DNA of 63,401 nucleotides, filler included, from Conidiobolus incongruus B7586 (Eukaryota): NCBI GenBank assembly GCA_000697335.1. It is 11 parts of 11 records of this genome, joined end to end, with 100 filler letters (N's around TTAATTAATTAA, not from the genome) between each part and the next. Parts side by side here need not be neighbours in the genome. Positions count along the whole stretch, not along the records: positions 1 to 15,546 come from JNEM01006079.1; 10 more parts are not named here. One strand, 5' to 3'. Shown piece by piece: positions 1 to 13,934 of this stretch (position 1 is its first letter; each line of letters starts with the position of its first letter). The notes under the pieces were generated by a model. It saw only the letters and a program-made list of their open reading frames with translations, ran no database searches and was not told where the DNA came from. The position numbers and the translations under genes were made by a program.

Positions 1-386
1 AGTTCTCTAAATTCTTATATACACTTTATATAATCCAATTAACTATAAATTATATGATTAATTTATACTTATGTAGTTAAATTAATTGTATAAATAGTAT
101 TAAATTATCTAATAAACTAGGTTCCTCTTTTTTCCTCTCAATTCTTACTATTTTTACTTTTACACTATTTCTAAGATTGAGACTATATTCTGTCAATATT
201 ATAGGATATTGGCACTACCTAATATAAATCTTAATATATCGGTGACTCATCCTAGTTTGAAGCTTAATTAAACTTTGTTTACACTTGCACGCTACAGCCA
301 CGTTATATTACCACGTTCTACACCACACTACTTTTATATTAAGTCTTCCTCTGCACTATATTAGTTTAACTACCACGACGCTTACA
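1..386 (+). mobile_element. LTR of the Ty3/gypsy family found at 40767-47326 (5' end cut by window edge), inserted into a Tc1-like element
   Basis: Colinear with the LTR at 40767-41165 and ends in ...CTTACA at 386. It is followed directly by Tc1-like sequence rather than a PBS, and retains CpGs that the other LTR copies have lost. Confidence 0.9.
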
Positions 387-1334
387 AATTCCTTTATTAA
401 TCTTATAAAGATATTTTATACTTAAAAATAATATATATTCTTAAATTATAATTAACCTATCATTGTATTTTTAAGTTATAATAATATAATAATTATAAAA
501 TAATTCTGAATCTTTTTTAAAATATTTAATTCTTATATTAAATTTATTAAAATATATCTTTGTTTTATTAAATTAAATAATTCTACTCTAATTAATTTTA
601 ATTTAATTTTAATTTTAATATTTAAACTCTTATTTAACTTTATAATAAAATTTTTTTTAATTAAGGGGGTTTTTTTAAAATGTAAGGGGTATTTATTTAA
701 ATATAAAATATATATAATAGTATTTATATTAATTAATATTCTTATATAATCTTGTAATTCTTATTATACTTTTATAGTAGTATTATATTTACTTATATTA
801 TTTAATCTATAAATATACTTTTTATCATATTTATTTATAATTTTAACATACTTAAATTTTAGTTTAAGTATTTTTTTAACATTGTTTTTAATAAACTTAG
901 CTATAATAAATTAATTTATACTAATAATTCTAATAATCTCACAAGTTGATTTATTTTCATTATGAAGTTAATTAATACATAAGTAAACTTTTTAAAAAGA
1001 GATTTAAACATTATAATATTAATTTTAAAGTATTAACCTAATAGTTTTTTAATATATATAATATAACAAAAGAAAAAAAAGATATATATAAGTTTTGTTA
1101 TTTATACTCTTTTAATTTATAAACCTATAAATTTATAACTCATTTTAATTAAATTTTAGGTTTTAATATATTAACCAATAGTTAATGAAATATAATTAAA
1201 TATTGCTAGTTATAATTAACTAATATAAGTAAATTATATATTTTAATTTAAATTTATTTAATTAAGAATTATTTAAGATATATGTAAATATATAAGTAAT
1301 TTTGATTTTATGACTTATTTTTGCAAGTTAGTGT
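387..1334 (-). mobile_element. Degenerate Tc1-like DNA transposon, partial
   Basis: Colinear with about 55550-56499. TIR-like end (revcomp CACTAACTTGCAAAAAATAAGTCATA) near 1310-1334. Confidence 0.75.
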
Positions 1335-3235
1335 TTATTTTAAAAAAACAATAATTATTATAATCTTGAAAATTAATGAATTCTAATATTTTTTTAACTT
1401 TAGCTATTTATTCAATAAAAATCCCAAATAATAAAAAGAATTCTATTTGTATTTATATTTCAATTAAGCAATAAATATTATAATTCATTTTAATTCATCA
1501 TAAATATCAATTTTTTTTTAAAATTTAAGTATTAAATTAGATTTATTAATTTATTTTTTTCCAAATAAATTTTAACAGGGAAAAAAACTAAAAACAGAGC
1601 TAATTTTATTCAATAATGATGAAATTTATAAGTGTAATACACTTATACTCTTGATTTAAAGAATTAATTATAGATTTTTTTCACTTTTATCTTAATATGG
1701 GATTAAATTTAGGCTTTCTATTTTGTTCTTGGTAATATAAGGTGTTGAGTTAAAATATAATATATTAAAAAAAGATTAATATTAAGTTCACTGTATAGTT
1801 TTGTAGTGAAAAATCTGTACTATTAATATATGTTTTCAATTTTTCAAGAAAATTGAGTTTTTGTTATATAATTAGGTGATGTCAATTAAGGGAGATATGT
1901 TGAATAGTTCGTGATATTTGCTTAAAAAGCCTAATGCAATAATTTATTCAATCAATAAAATATACATAGGGAGAATATTTTTTCAATTTCATTAAAGTGG
2001 GTAGAGTGTATGATCTGTTAGATAACCAATTTTGATAAATTACCTAGAATCAAATTGTCCAATACCTAAATTTTGGTCGATATTATTATAATACTGAATG
2101 TAAAAATTTATTTATATACAATGATATCAAATATATTTTTCACCGCTAGACTATGTTTTAAAATTAGTTTTAAAATGAATCAAAGGCTGATTGTGATATA
2201 TGACATTATAAAACACTTAAAAATCAATTTAACGCCAATTGAATATTATTCATCTAATATTTATTAATATCAAGAAGCACTGGGTTTTAATTAATGAAAA
2301 TTGGAAAAAATATCATAATTCCAAGGCTAATTATGATAGCAATTTTAAAGATAAAATCAAAAATCTAATATATTATACCTAGGAATATTATAGTGAATAT
2401 ATATTTATATATAATTCAAATATTTAGATATATAATGCCGTGAATATAAAATATATTTGCGATTTTTTAAATATTAAAATATCAGGATAGAATATAACAT
2501 AATTGTGATTTGTAGATGGAGAACGATGAGTTTTTAAATAATTAAAAATCATAGCAAATACGGTATTATATTTTATAAAGGATTACAGTTATATTCTTGT
2601 GAATAATTATGGTTTTTGAAATGTAACATATGAAGTTAAATATGATTTGAGTAAAAGGAATTAATCAAGCAAAATTACTCTAATATTTATTCCCACAACT
2701 TTTAAATTTTAAATTCTAGATGTATATAAAGGGAACTTGATGCATTTTTCTACTTGTCAATTCTCTCTTCCACAAAATTAATAAATTATCTTAAAATAGT
2801 TGGGGATTCTAAAAAACCAATCATTTCACTGAAATTCCTTTTTAATCCAATCAAATTGATTGATTTTTCCCTTTGTTCATTGGTTGGATTCATCCAATCA
2901 CAATGCGATATCATCATTTGAAAAGTTGGGAAATTATTAATATATAAATGTCATCCCAAGTCCTGAGGATGTATTCGTTTTTTGTTTCTGGTTGACTTGG
3001 GGGACCAAATACAGCTCAGTTACGTAATCGCTACCACTTATTAACTCACTAATTTGTGATATATAACATTTCACATAATCATTTAAGTAACTACGTGTTA
3101 TTGTATACTTAAGTTTTAAGTATAATTTTAAAAGTAAAATCTTGACTAATTGTATATTTATTAACATCTAAAACCAAATATTTCAAATTACATAATCTAA
3201 AAAACTTCAAATAATATTCAAACTAAAAGTAACTA

Positions 3236-6200
3236 ATGTCCACCAATCAATACGGTTTCCCTCCGTCAATCGCTCCTCTAAGGAGAGTAGATTCTGTTCA
3301 GTTCGGTATTTTATCTCCTGAACAAATCGTAATATTTAACTTTAATCTAATTGATATTTTGATTCAATTTTTATTAATAAATTTAAATCTAGATCAAAAA
3401 CTCAGTTGTTGAAGTGAAATATCCTGAAATCATGGATGAATCAGGTTTTATCCCTAAAGCTGAAGGTCTTTTAGATCCTCGTATGGGTACTATTGACAGA
3501 AATCTCAAATGTCAAACTTGTGACCAAGGTATGTCTGAATGTCCTGGTCACTTTGGACATATTACCCTAGCCAAACCTGTTTACCATCCTGGTTTCATAT
3601 CTAAAGTCAAAAAGATTCTTGAGTGTGTTTGCTATTTCTGCTCTAGACTTAAAGTTGACGATTCTCATCCCAAAATGAGAAATGTTCGTGGCAAAAACCC
3701 CAAGATTCGTTTCAAAATCGTCTGGGATATTTCTAAAACTAAAACTGTTTGTGAAGTTGATAGTGGTGACGCGACTAACGGTAGCTTTGATCCCAATGAT
3801 CCTAATAGTTTTAATGATGGACCTACTCGTGAAGGTTGTGGACATCGTCATCCCACTATTCGTAAAGAAGGTATGAAGCTCTTTGCCGTTTTCAAACCAT
3901 CAAAACAAGCCGATGATACTGGTTTTGGTGAACCTGAAGGTAGAATTCCTCTACCTCCTTCTAAAGCCCTTGAGATCTTTAAGCGTATTGATCAAGCTGA
4001 TGTCGAAAAGATGGGTTTATCTTGGGAATTTGCTCGTCCTGAATGGATGATTATTACTGCTTTAGCTGTTCCTCCTCCTGCTGTTCGCCCAAGTATTATG
4101 ATGGACGGTACAAATCGTGGACAAGACGATTTGACGTATAAATTATCAGATATTATTAAAACAAATAGAGCTTTGGAAGTATGTCTCAGTGATGGTTCTC
4201 CAGGTCACATTTTAGAAGAACACGAGCAATACCTTCAATATCATGTAGCTACTTATATGGATAACGACATTGCTGGATTACCTCAATCGCTTCAAAAATC
4301 TGGCCGTCCTATTAAATCTATCAGAGCTCGTTTAAAGGGTAAAGAAGGTCGTTTAAGAGGAAATTTAATGGGTAAACGTGTTGATTTCTCTGCTCGTACG
4401 GTTATTACAGGTGATCCAAATTTATCGATTGATCAAGTCGGTGTTCCTAGAAGTATTGCACGTAATCTTACTTATCCTGAAAGAGTCACACAATATAATA
4501 TTCAAAGGTTAAGAGAAGCTGTACGAAATGGACCAAATGTTCATCCTGGCGCTAAATATGTTATTCGAGACACGGGAGAACGTATCGATCTTCGTCATTA
4601 CAGGCGAAATGCAGAGGTTCCTTTAATGGTCGGGTATATCGTTGAAAGACATATTATTGACAACGATGTGGTTATTTTCAATCGTCAACCTTCATTGCAC
4701 AAAATGTCAATGATGGGACATTTGATCAAAGTTATGCCATACTCTACTTTCCGTCTTAATCTTTCAGTCACATCACCATATAATGCTGATTTTGATGGTG
4801 ATGAAATGAATATGCATGTGCCTCAATCTGAAGAATCTAGAGCCGAAGTTTTGAATATTTGTATGGTTCCAAGACAGATTGTATCCCCACAATCCAACAA
4901 ACCAGTCATGGGTATTGTACAAGACACTTTATGTGGTATTCGTAAGTTTACCCAACGTGATGCTTTCTTGGACAGAGCTCTTGTTATGAATCTACTTATG
5001 TGGGTTCCTAATTGGAACGGTGTTATTCCCACCCCTGCAGTTGTTTATCCCAAGCCTCTTTGGACTGGTAAACAGATTTTATCTCTAATTATTCCAAAAC
5101 AAACCAATATGACCACAACCCATTCAACACATCCTGATGGTGAAAATACTTTTATTTCTCCTGGAGATACTAAAGTTATTGTTCATGATGGTGACTTGGT
5201 TGCTGGTATCGTTTGTAAGAAGACTGTCGGTACTTCAAGTGGTGGTTTAATCCATACTATTTTCAATGAACATGGCTTTGAAGAATGTAAAAAGTTTATT
5301 AATGGTTGTCAAGCTATTGTCAATTATTGGCTATTACAAAATGGGTTTAGTATAGGTATTGGTGACACTATCGCTGATGCAGCCACTATGGACCATATTA
5401 CAAAGACTATTTCTGAGGCCAAACAAAAAGTAGCTCAAATTATTGAAACAGCTAATGAAGACAAGTTAGAATGTGCACCTGGTATGACTATCCGTAAAAC
5501 TTTTGAAAGCCAAGTAAATCAGGTATTGAATCGTGCTCGTGATAGTGTCGGTAATTATGCTCAGGTCAATCTCAGTAATAGTAACAATGTCAAACAAATG
5601 GTAATCGCTGGTTCTAAGGGTAGTTTTATTAACATTTCTCAGATGTCTGCTTGTGTGGGTCAACAAAACGTAGAAGGTCAACGTATTCCATTTGGCTTTA
5701 ATAATCGTTCACTTCCTCATTTTACGAAAGATGACTACAGTCCCGAAAGTAAAGGTTTCGTCGAAAATTCTTATTTGAGAGGTCTTACACCTTACGAATT
5801 CTTCTTCCACGCTATGGGTGGTCGTGAAGGTTTAATCGATACTGCTGTCAAAACTGCTGAAACTGGTTATATTCAACGTCGTTTAGTTAAAGCCTTAGAA
5901 GATGTAATGGTCAATTATGATGGTTCCGTTCGTAATTCCATGGGTCAAATTATTCAATTCTGTTATGGTGAAGATGGTATGGACGCTTGTGCCATTGAGA
6001 AGCAAAGTCTTGATATTATTCGCTTCAATGATTATGAGTTTAAACAAAAATACCAAATTAATCTTTCTGATCCAGCTAATGGATTAGATTCTCTATTGAT
6101 TCCAGATGTTTATAATGTTCTTATCAATGATACTCCCACTCAAGAATTATTAGATGAAGAATATGCACAACTTCTGCAAGATAGAAAGCTTTTAAGAGAG

Positions 6201-8974
6201 TTTATTTTCCCTTCTGGTGATTCCTCATGGCCTTTACCAGTCAATCTTAAACGTATTATCGAAGGTGCTCAGATTCGCTTTGGCATTAATCCTCTAAAGA
6301 AAACCAATTTACATCCTGCCATTGTCATTAAAACTGTTAAAAATGTTATTAATGAACTTCTGGTCATCCGTGGTAGTGATCGACTTTCTTTGGAAGCCAA
6401 TACTAATGCTACTACTCTTTTTACCATCTTGGTACGATCTTACTTTGCAGCCAAGAGATGTATCAAAGAATTCCGACTTTCTCATGATGCATTTATTTGG
6501 GTTATGGATGAAGTCCGTCAACGCTTTAAGGATTCTCAAATTGATGCTGGTGAAATGGTTGGAACTCTTGCTGCACAATCTATTGGTGAACCTGCTACCC
6601 AAATGACACTTAATACTTTCCATTATGCTGGTGTATCCAGTAAGAACGTCACCTTAGGTGTACCTCGTCTTAAGGAAATTATTAATGTTGCTAAAAATAT
6701 CAAAACACCATCGTTAACTGTGTATTTGGAAGGAAAATATGCTGTAAATGAAGTTGATGCCAAAAAAGTAGCTTCAGCCATTGAACATTGTTCTCTTAGT
6801 CATTTAGTTCAATCCACTGAAATTCATTATGATCCACCTGGTCGTGGTGGTTCTGTTATTCCTGAAGATAGTTTAATGGTAGAAAATGAAGAAGCATTAA
6901 TGGATCCCTCTGAACTTCGCACTCATTCTCCATGGGTTCTTCGTTTAATTATTGATAAAGCCAAGTTAATTGACAAAGGACTTGAAATGGACGAAATCAA
7001 CGCAGCTATCAAACATGAATTCGGAGATGATCTTAATGTTCTTAATAGCAACGATTTAGATGAACATCTTGTAGTCCGTTGTCGTATTGTCAATAATTAT
7101 GACCATAGAGATAGTATTGAAGAGGGCATCATTTTGGAAGAAGATGCCTTCTTGAGAAGAATTGAACAAGAAATGCTTAATAATATTGTTTTGAGAGGTA
7201 TTCCTGAAATTTCTAGAGTTTCGATGATTGATGATAAGAGAAATATTATCGATGCAAGTGGTAAAATCCAAAAAATTGAAGAAAAAGTGCTTTCAACAGA
7301 TGGTTGTAACCTTAAAAAGGTCCTTTGCGTTCAAGGTGTTGATTCTAGACGTACTAGATCTAATGATATTTGTGAAATTATCGATGTATTGGGTATTGAA
7401 GCTGCTAGAGCTGCGATTTTGGCTGAATTAAGAAACGTTATTGAATTTGATGGTTCTTATGTCAATTATCGTCATTTAGCTTTATTATGTGATGTTATGT
7501 GTAATCGTGGTTACTTGATGGCTATCACTCGTCATGGTATCAACAGAACCGATTCTGGTTGCTTAATGAGGTGTTCATTCGAAGAGACTGTAGAAATTCT
7601 TATGGATGCTGCATCATCTGGTGAATTGGATGACTGTAAGGGTGTAGCTGAAAATATTATGCTTGGTCAACTTGCTCCACTCGGTACTGGTGCTTTTGAT
7701 TTTTACTTGATGAAGCTATGCTTGAAGAAGCCCTTCCACATCATTCTAACGTTGCCTCTCATCCATTGGATGCTCCAGAAGGTGCATTCTCTCCTCTTGG
7801 TGCAAATGGATATTCAACCATGATGACACCATATGATGGACGTAGTCCTCAATACAGTGACTATGCTGGATATTCTCCAAATAACAATGTCTTCTCTCCT
7901 ATGGCTTCAAGTCCAGGTCCTATGTCAGGATGGCATCCTTCTCCACGCAATCCTTCTTCTGTTTATTCACCCAAAGACCCTGGATTTGGTCCTTCTAGCC
8001 CACATCATCCATTCTCTCTAGGCTCTACATACTCACCATCTAGTCCTCATGCTTCTGGATCTTTGTCTAATCCAGGCGATTATTCGCCTACAAGTCCCCT
8101 TGCTGTTATGGCTGAAGCAGGTTTGAGCTATTCACCCACTAGTCCATCTAGAAGTAACTTTAACTCTGTCCGTTACTCTCCCACTAGTCCATTCAGTAAT
8201 CCTAATCAAGCTTCTTACTCGCCAACAAGCCCAATGCATTCAAGAAACACTGGATACTCTCCAACAAGTCCTGGTGCATCCAATGCTCTTGGTGTTCCAT
8301 CATACTCACCAACTAGTCCAAACTTGAGCGGAACTACTCCAGCCCATGCTTACTCTCCCACCTCTCCTAACTATTCACCTACTTCTCCAAGCTTTTTGTC
8401 TCCTGGTCAACAGACTGGCGCTTTTTCTGCAACTTCACCTTCCTACCGCCCAACCACAGGTATCAACTCTGGCACTCTTCACTACTCACCTACTAGCCCC
8501 AATTATGCTGCATCTACTACACCAGGATATTCACCAACTAGTCCTAATTACTCTCCAACATCTCCCAGCTTTATGCAATCTGGATCTGCTTCATTTGGAC
8601 GTCCTGCTGGTCCATCCAATATTTCACCTACTTCACCTAATTACTCACCCACTTCTCCCAATTATTCTCCTACCTCACCTAACTACTCTATGCATTCACC
8701 TAACTACTCGCCTACATCACCAAGTTATTCACCTAACTCAGCAAATGCTTTTTCACCTACTAGTCCTTCTTATAGTCCAACTAGTCCCTCATTTAGTCCA
8801 CAATCTCCTTCATACAATGGAGGTTCTACATCTGGACAGGGCACTTCGGGAAATCGTACCAATGGCGGAAATTACTCACCTGATCACAAATCTGATAATG
8901 ATAAAGACAACCAAAATTCCGGACCATCTGTTAATTTGTCAGGTTGGGGTGATCGCAATGGACCTCGTCAATAG
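3236..8974 (+). CDS. RPB1: RNA polymerase II largest subunit. Exon 1 3236-3328, intron 3329-3392, exon 2 from 3393. Apparent 1-nt frameshift at the T-run 7700-7704; CTD in the 7718-8974 frame
   Basis: Exon 1 [31 protein letters not shown] splices in frame. Contains ECPGHFGH, catalytic NADFDGD and [13 protein letters not shown], and YSPTSPx heptads in the downstream frame. Confidence 0.98.
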
Positions 8975-10054
8975 TTTTAACATTAGTATTTTTATAACTT
9001 AAGTATAAATACATTGCTATATATGTGATTGATATATTAATTTTAGCTTATATTCAATAATCCAAGGCTATTTTAATAAATTAAATATAATTATTTTATA
9101 TTACCCATGCTATAATTAATTGTATATAATACATATTGATCATTGAACTAATTGCATATATTAATAAACATTTTATATCATTTATATTCATATAAATATT
9201 ATTACGAATTGATCAGAAAGTAATGCTGAATATGCTACAATATCTCGGAGTTAAAGTCAGATTATTAAAGTATGTTTATTTTGGATATAATTTAGTCATA
9301 ATCTTAATAGAACCAGTGATAATTATGATTTAAACATACTAATTACTTCGATATTTTCAATACATTTGCCACTTTAACCCTTTCTATTTCAACTACTGGC
9401 CTCACCCACATTTTTTAATCATAAAGATTCATAAATTTCTAATTAGAAATGGCTCGATATAATACTTGAATTATCAATTAAAATGAGAAATATCTAGTGG
9501 AAAAATTTAATTAGGTATATTCGATGTTATATATTAATAATGGGAGATTATTATATTATCAAATTGATACAGGCATTAATATATTAAATACAACATACCA
9601 TAATTTAAATATAATTCTCGATTACGATTGTAATGTTTGTTTCATGATTAATCAATTAGTTGTTTGAAACCTTTCATGGAAGTGAATATATTTGATTAGT
9701 TATATTAATGTACCAATGCAAAAAAAATCATAATATGATTCATATTACATATTCAATATATTTTTATTTTTAAAAGTCTATATTGAAAGTTTAGGTAGAT
9801 TAAAAAAATATTTGAAATATTAAATATTATGATTTTTATTTAATATAATTCAATATCTTTAATTTCCACTTTAAAATTTATAAAATTGAAATATTCTTTA
9901 AAAGTATGATAATTTGAAAAAAAAGAACATAATGAAATAGATTAATATATTTTTGAACTAATAATTCATATAAATAAATTCTTATTAAAATAATAGTTTT
10001 AAATAAAAGTTAAATACATCAAACTATTTTAATTTTAGAATTAATATATCTCAT

Positions 10055-10060
<6 letters not shown>

Positions 10061-10094
<34 letters not shown>
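10061..10094. repeat. (AT)n microsatellite
   Basis: About 17 perfect AT units. Confidence 0.9.
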
Positions 10095-10098
<4 letters not shown>

Positions 10099-10581
10099 AA
10101 ATAATATCAAAATTGAAAAAAGAGTTATTTGAATTGCTTTTGAATGTAGAGTATTCATATCATTTTTATATTAGAACTATCAATTTGAAACTATAATTTG
10201 AATAAACAAATAACATACCAAATACTATAATTAATTAACTTGTGTATATATTAATATATAATTTTATTATTGTTTTTTCATGTAAAATATGAAGTGTATA
10301 AAATAAGCAATTTTTAAATCCCTATATTTATATATTTAGAGTTGATTTTTGTTCAAAATATTAAAATATCAATACATAATTAAATCAACTATCTATCCTA
10401 ATAATTTTTAATAATTTAATTAATATAAACACTGTTTTTAAAATATCTAAAGTTACTCTTGATGAAATGGCATCTAACTAAATATTGAATTTAATATCAA
10501 TTAATATTAATTTATGTTCATCTATATGGTTTATTAATAGAATACAATATTGCCAATTCAAACTTAATAAGACTAATTGCT

Positions 10582-10746
10582 CTAACCTCTTTGTTCGACA
10601 TTGGTAATAAAAACGTTATCTGCAGATGTTCTACCATCGCTGGCCACAGATACTTCTACACGCTTTGCGTTCACTCCATTTAATATATCGAGGGGATTGG
10701 CAATTGTAATAGAAACCAAAGCTGAAAGGATAACGAAGTATTTCAT
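10582..10746 (-). CDS. Small secreted peptide precursor (54 aa), paralog of the 75-aa peptides; absent from the ORF track
   Basis: Manual translation: MKYFVILSALVSITIANPLDILNGVNAKRVEVSVASDGRTSADNVFITNVEQRG*. Ungapped 32/54 identity to the 13935 ORF, with signal peptide and conserved VNAKR. Confidence 0.85.
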   Translation of the reverse strand: MKYFVILSALVSITIANPLDILNGVNAKRVEVSVASDGRTSADNVFITNVEQRG

Positions 10747-11808
10747 AGTAGTAATTATATAGAAAATACTGATTAATTTGAATTGATTGAAATATCACAT
10801 AACTATATATATATATACACACCTATATTTAAATTTTATATTAACCAAAATATTAACCGCGTTAAAAGTTTGACTAAAATTCCCCAAGTGAAAAAATATT
10901 TAAAATTATATTCATTCAATATTTTATCAAAATTGACATTCTCTTGGGTATTATTTTTTGAAACTTTAAGGTATTATATTTTTTAATATTTGTTATATAT
11001 GACACATTTTATAGTCATATTACTGAAAAAAAATTGAATGATTTTTCTATATTTTTTGTTTAAAAATAATCGAATCATTGATTTATGAGTAAGAAATTAA
11101 AAGTTATATTTTTAATAAATAGTAAAGCTGAATCCGTTGTATTATATTCATAGATGAAAATATTTAATATATATTTTTTAATTTGTTTCCGCTTTCATCT
11201 TCTACTCATGTTTTAATTATATCTCAACTTATTTTCCAATATCGAAATAATAAATAATATTAGAATGAAAAATTATATGAATCTTGTTCGTTCCATACAA
11301 GTACAAATGTTTAAAATTTATAAAAATATAATGATTAGAGTTGAATAGTAATAACCCTTGTTAGTTAATTATACAAATTTTAAAATTTTTGCTATTTAAA
11401 TTGAGAATAGCAAAATAATAATTTTTCAACTAAAATAATAAATTGAAAAACATCTTAAGAAAAATAAATTATAAAACATAACTAAAATTTAGTACCAATG
11501 ATGTATCGATTATTTATTTATAAATTGAATAAGCCTCATGATTATGATTAGTTATAGAGTAATTTGAATATGTTAAATTACTCTGAATTGTGGAAATATA
11601 ATTTTCAATAAAAATTAATAATTTTATTCTTGAATATGTGAAAGTAAAACAATTATCATATACACTATATATTTGAATTTGACAATATTAATAAATTTTT
11701 AATTTCCTAAATTAGTTAAAAGACGTTATTAATATAATTAAAATAATAGGTAAAATTGTAAATGATAATAAAAAAGAACTAAAACTGAAAAAAAATGTTT
11801 GGAAATGA

Positions 11809-11892
11809 TGCTGACAGTGAGGTTCGAACTCACGCCCCGTTACCGGGAGGGGATCTTAAGTCACCCGCCTTGGACCACTCGGCCATATCAGC
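11809..11892 (-). tRNA. tRNA-Leu(UAA), intronless
   Basis: Acceptor stem GCTGATA/TGTCAGC, D-arm TGGCCGAGTGGTCCAAGG, anticodon loop CTTAAGA, long variable arm and T-loop GTTCGAAC. Oligo-T terminator downstream (A-run 11788-11795 on +). Confidence 0.95.
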
Positions 11893-11924
11893 TTACGAAT
11901 TCTGTGACAATTGATATATAATTG

Positions 11925-12688
11925 ACACCTTCTCTCCCTCATACATCACTACCAAAACCCCCAGATTTCCCAACTTCCACATGCTCCGAGAACCAAATTT
12001 GTTCCTATAATCATGTTCCTAATATATCATGACCTACTTATACCAATATTTCTCCCTCAATTCTACAGAGACCTCTCTCGACGCTATTCTACAAATAAAT
12101 CATATTTTTCTACTCTAAAAACCCCGTTTTTCCGAGCGCACTCAAAGAGCCACATAAAGCTTATTTGAGATCTACCCTACTAATCGTTCTACATCCATTC
12201 CCACTGATATTCTGTGACCTGCTGCCTTAGCATGTCAACCCCTCATACTGCCACTGTTGCTGCTGATCTAGTCTCCCTCTTTAATGTCCCATTCAATGCT
12301 AATCATGGACGGATGGCCAGAGAACTGATCATCAATAACCTACCTCAGTTTGTAGGCACAATGCTCCACAATTTAGCCTACACCATGGCTGTGTCAGTAT
12401 CATCGATGACGCTCAAAGAGCTAATAACCGCGACAAATTCATCTACTAATATTATCCTGAATCTATAGAATTATTTATTCAATTATATTGAAATATCTTG
12501 ATTATATTTCATTTCTTTGATTCATACATTTTTCCTACGTTCCTAATTTATCTATCCCAATTCTTTCATTTAATTTCTTTTACTTAGTTTTTAATCTTAC
12601 TTTTTTCATATTAACATGTCATTTTAATTTAATTTATTTTTATTTCCACATATATTATTATATTTATTTAAATCAAATCAAATCAAAT
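11925..12688 (+). other. C-rich coding-like remnant ending in an (AAATC)n tail, possibly a 5'-truncated non-LTR retroelement
   Basis: GC-richer than its flanks, broken reading frames, (AAATC)x3.8 at 12670-12688. No diagnostic motif recognised. Confidence 0.25.
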
Positions 12689-12806
12689 TTCAAATAACAT
12701 TATAATACTTATATATATTTTAAAACTTTATTATAATATTCAATAATAATATTTATATAGCATAAATTAAGTTTATTTATTTGAATAATGATAATTAATC
12801 TATAAA

Positions 12807-13034
12807 TTAAAGAGCCAATAATCTCAATAAAGCAGCAACGAGATCGGCTCTAGAATAGCCTTCATTACCAATTCCGGATTGTTCAATATTTGAGATATTG
12901 ATATTGTCTGCAGAAGTGTTACCACTACTGGCTACTGATACGGGAATACGCTTAGCATTGACTAGGTTTAAGACATCGGTTGGAGCAGCAACTGCAAAGG
13001 AAGCGAAGATTGAGAGGATGATAGCAGCTTTCAT
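12807..13034 (-). CDS. Small secreted peptide precursor (75 aa), copy 1
   Basis: Signal peptide MKAAIILSIFASFAVA-AP, KR at residues 28-29, hydrophobic C-terminal helix, upstream TATA box. Confidence 0.85.
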   Translation of the reverse strand: MKAAIILSIFASFAVAAPTDVLNLVNAKRIPVSVASSGNTSADNINISNIEQSGIGNEGYSRADLVAALLRLLAL

Positions 13035-13934
13035 AACGGTTAATTAGATTTGGATAATTAATTAATTAGTAGGATATACTATTCGCTATTTCAATTGACA
13101 TCCTTTATATACATTGATGTATTTTGAAAAATCAATAGCACTAAAGTTTAAGTGTGTTGATAATTGAAATATGTCCTTATGATATGTATAAGTATGGGGT
13201 ATAGTTCCATTAATTGATCGATTGAAAAAAGAACGTTAAGAAGGAACTAATTTAAAATTTAACCAAATTTGTATCAAAGTTTTACAAGGAATATACAAAT
13301 TTATGTGATTTTAAAAATTTCTTTATGGTTCAATATTGATAAAATGTAAACATAATACAAGTTTTATAATTTTATTTTTACTATATTTATTATTTTGAAT
13401 TTTAAGTTTGTGAATTTAAAATATATTTGTCTAAAAAACAATACTTAAAGTTTATTTTAAAATTTATTAAATATACCTTGAAGAATAAAACTAAAATCAA
13501 AAAGAATTCTTAACAGTTACCAAAATTTCAATTCAATTACATAGGCTTTTGAAAGAGGATTATATAATCAAAATAATTAATATTAAAGCTTTTCATAATA
13601 AAGGATGAGTTTAAAAAATATAATAGTTCAAACATATAAAGAAATATTATTAAAAAGATCATAAAATTTTATCATATTTAATGAAATCTTAAAAAGATTC
13701 TGTTTAAAAATTAGTAGAGATAATAGTTTAACATCCATAATACAAATACATTAATTATATTCAACTAATTTCTTCCATACAAATATTCCTAAGGACATAT
13801 TTCAATTATCAACACACTTAAACTTTAGTGCTATTGATTTTTCAAAATACATCAATGTATATAAAGGATGTCAACTGAAATAGCGAATAGTATATCCTAC
13901 TAATTAATTAATTATCCAAATCTAATTAACAGTT

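Noticed and set aside
2870..3030. CCAAT boxes, a short palindrome and TTACGTAA upstream of RPB1
   Set aside because: Short motifs expected by chance; no independent support.
8020..8810. Short repeats with spacers in the CTD resembling a CRISPR array
   Set aside because: Protein-coding heptad repeats in a eukaryotic gene.
3567..9002. Short antisense and alternative-frame ORFs within RPB1 (likewise in PDE, MEF2, CAP and GMC)
   Set aside because: Shadow ORFs of real genes with no independent motifs.
11848..11864. U-C mismatch in the tRNA-Leu anticodon stem
   Set aside because: Single mismatches are tolerated and the rest of the cloverleaf is normal.
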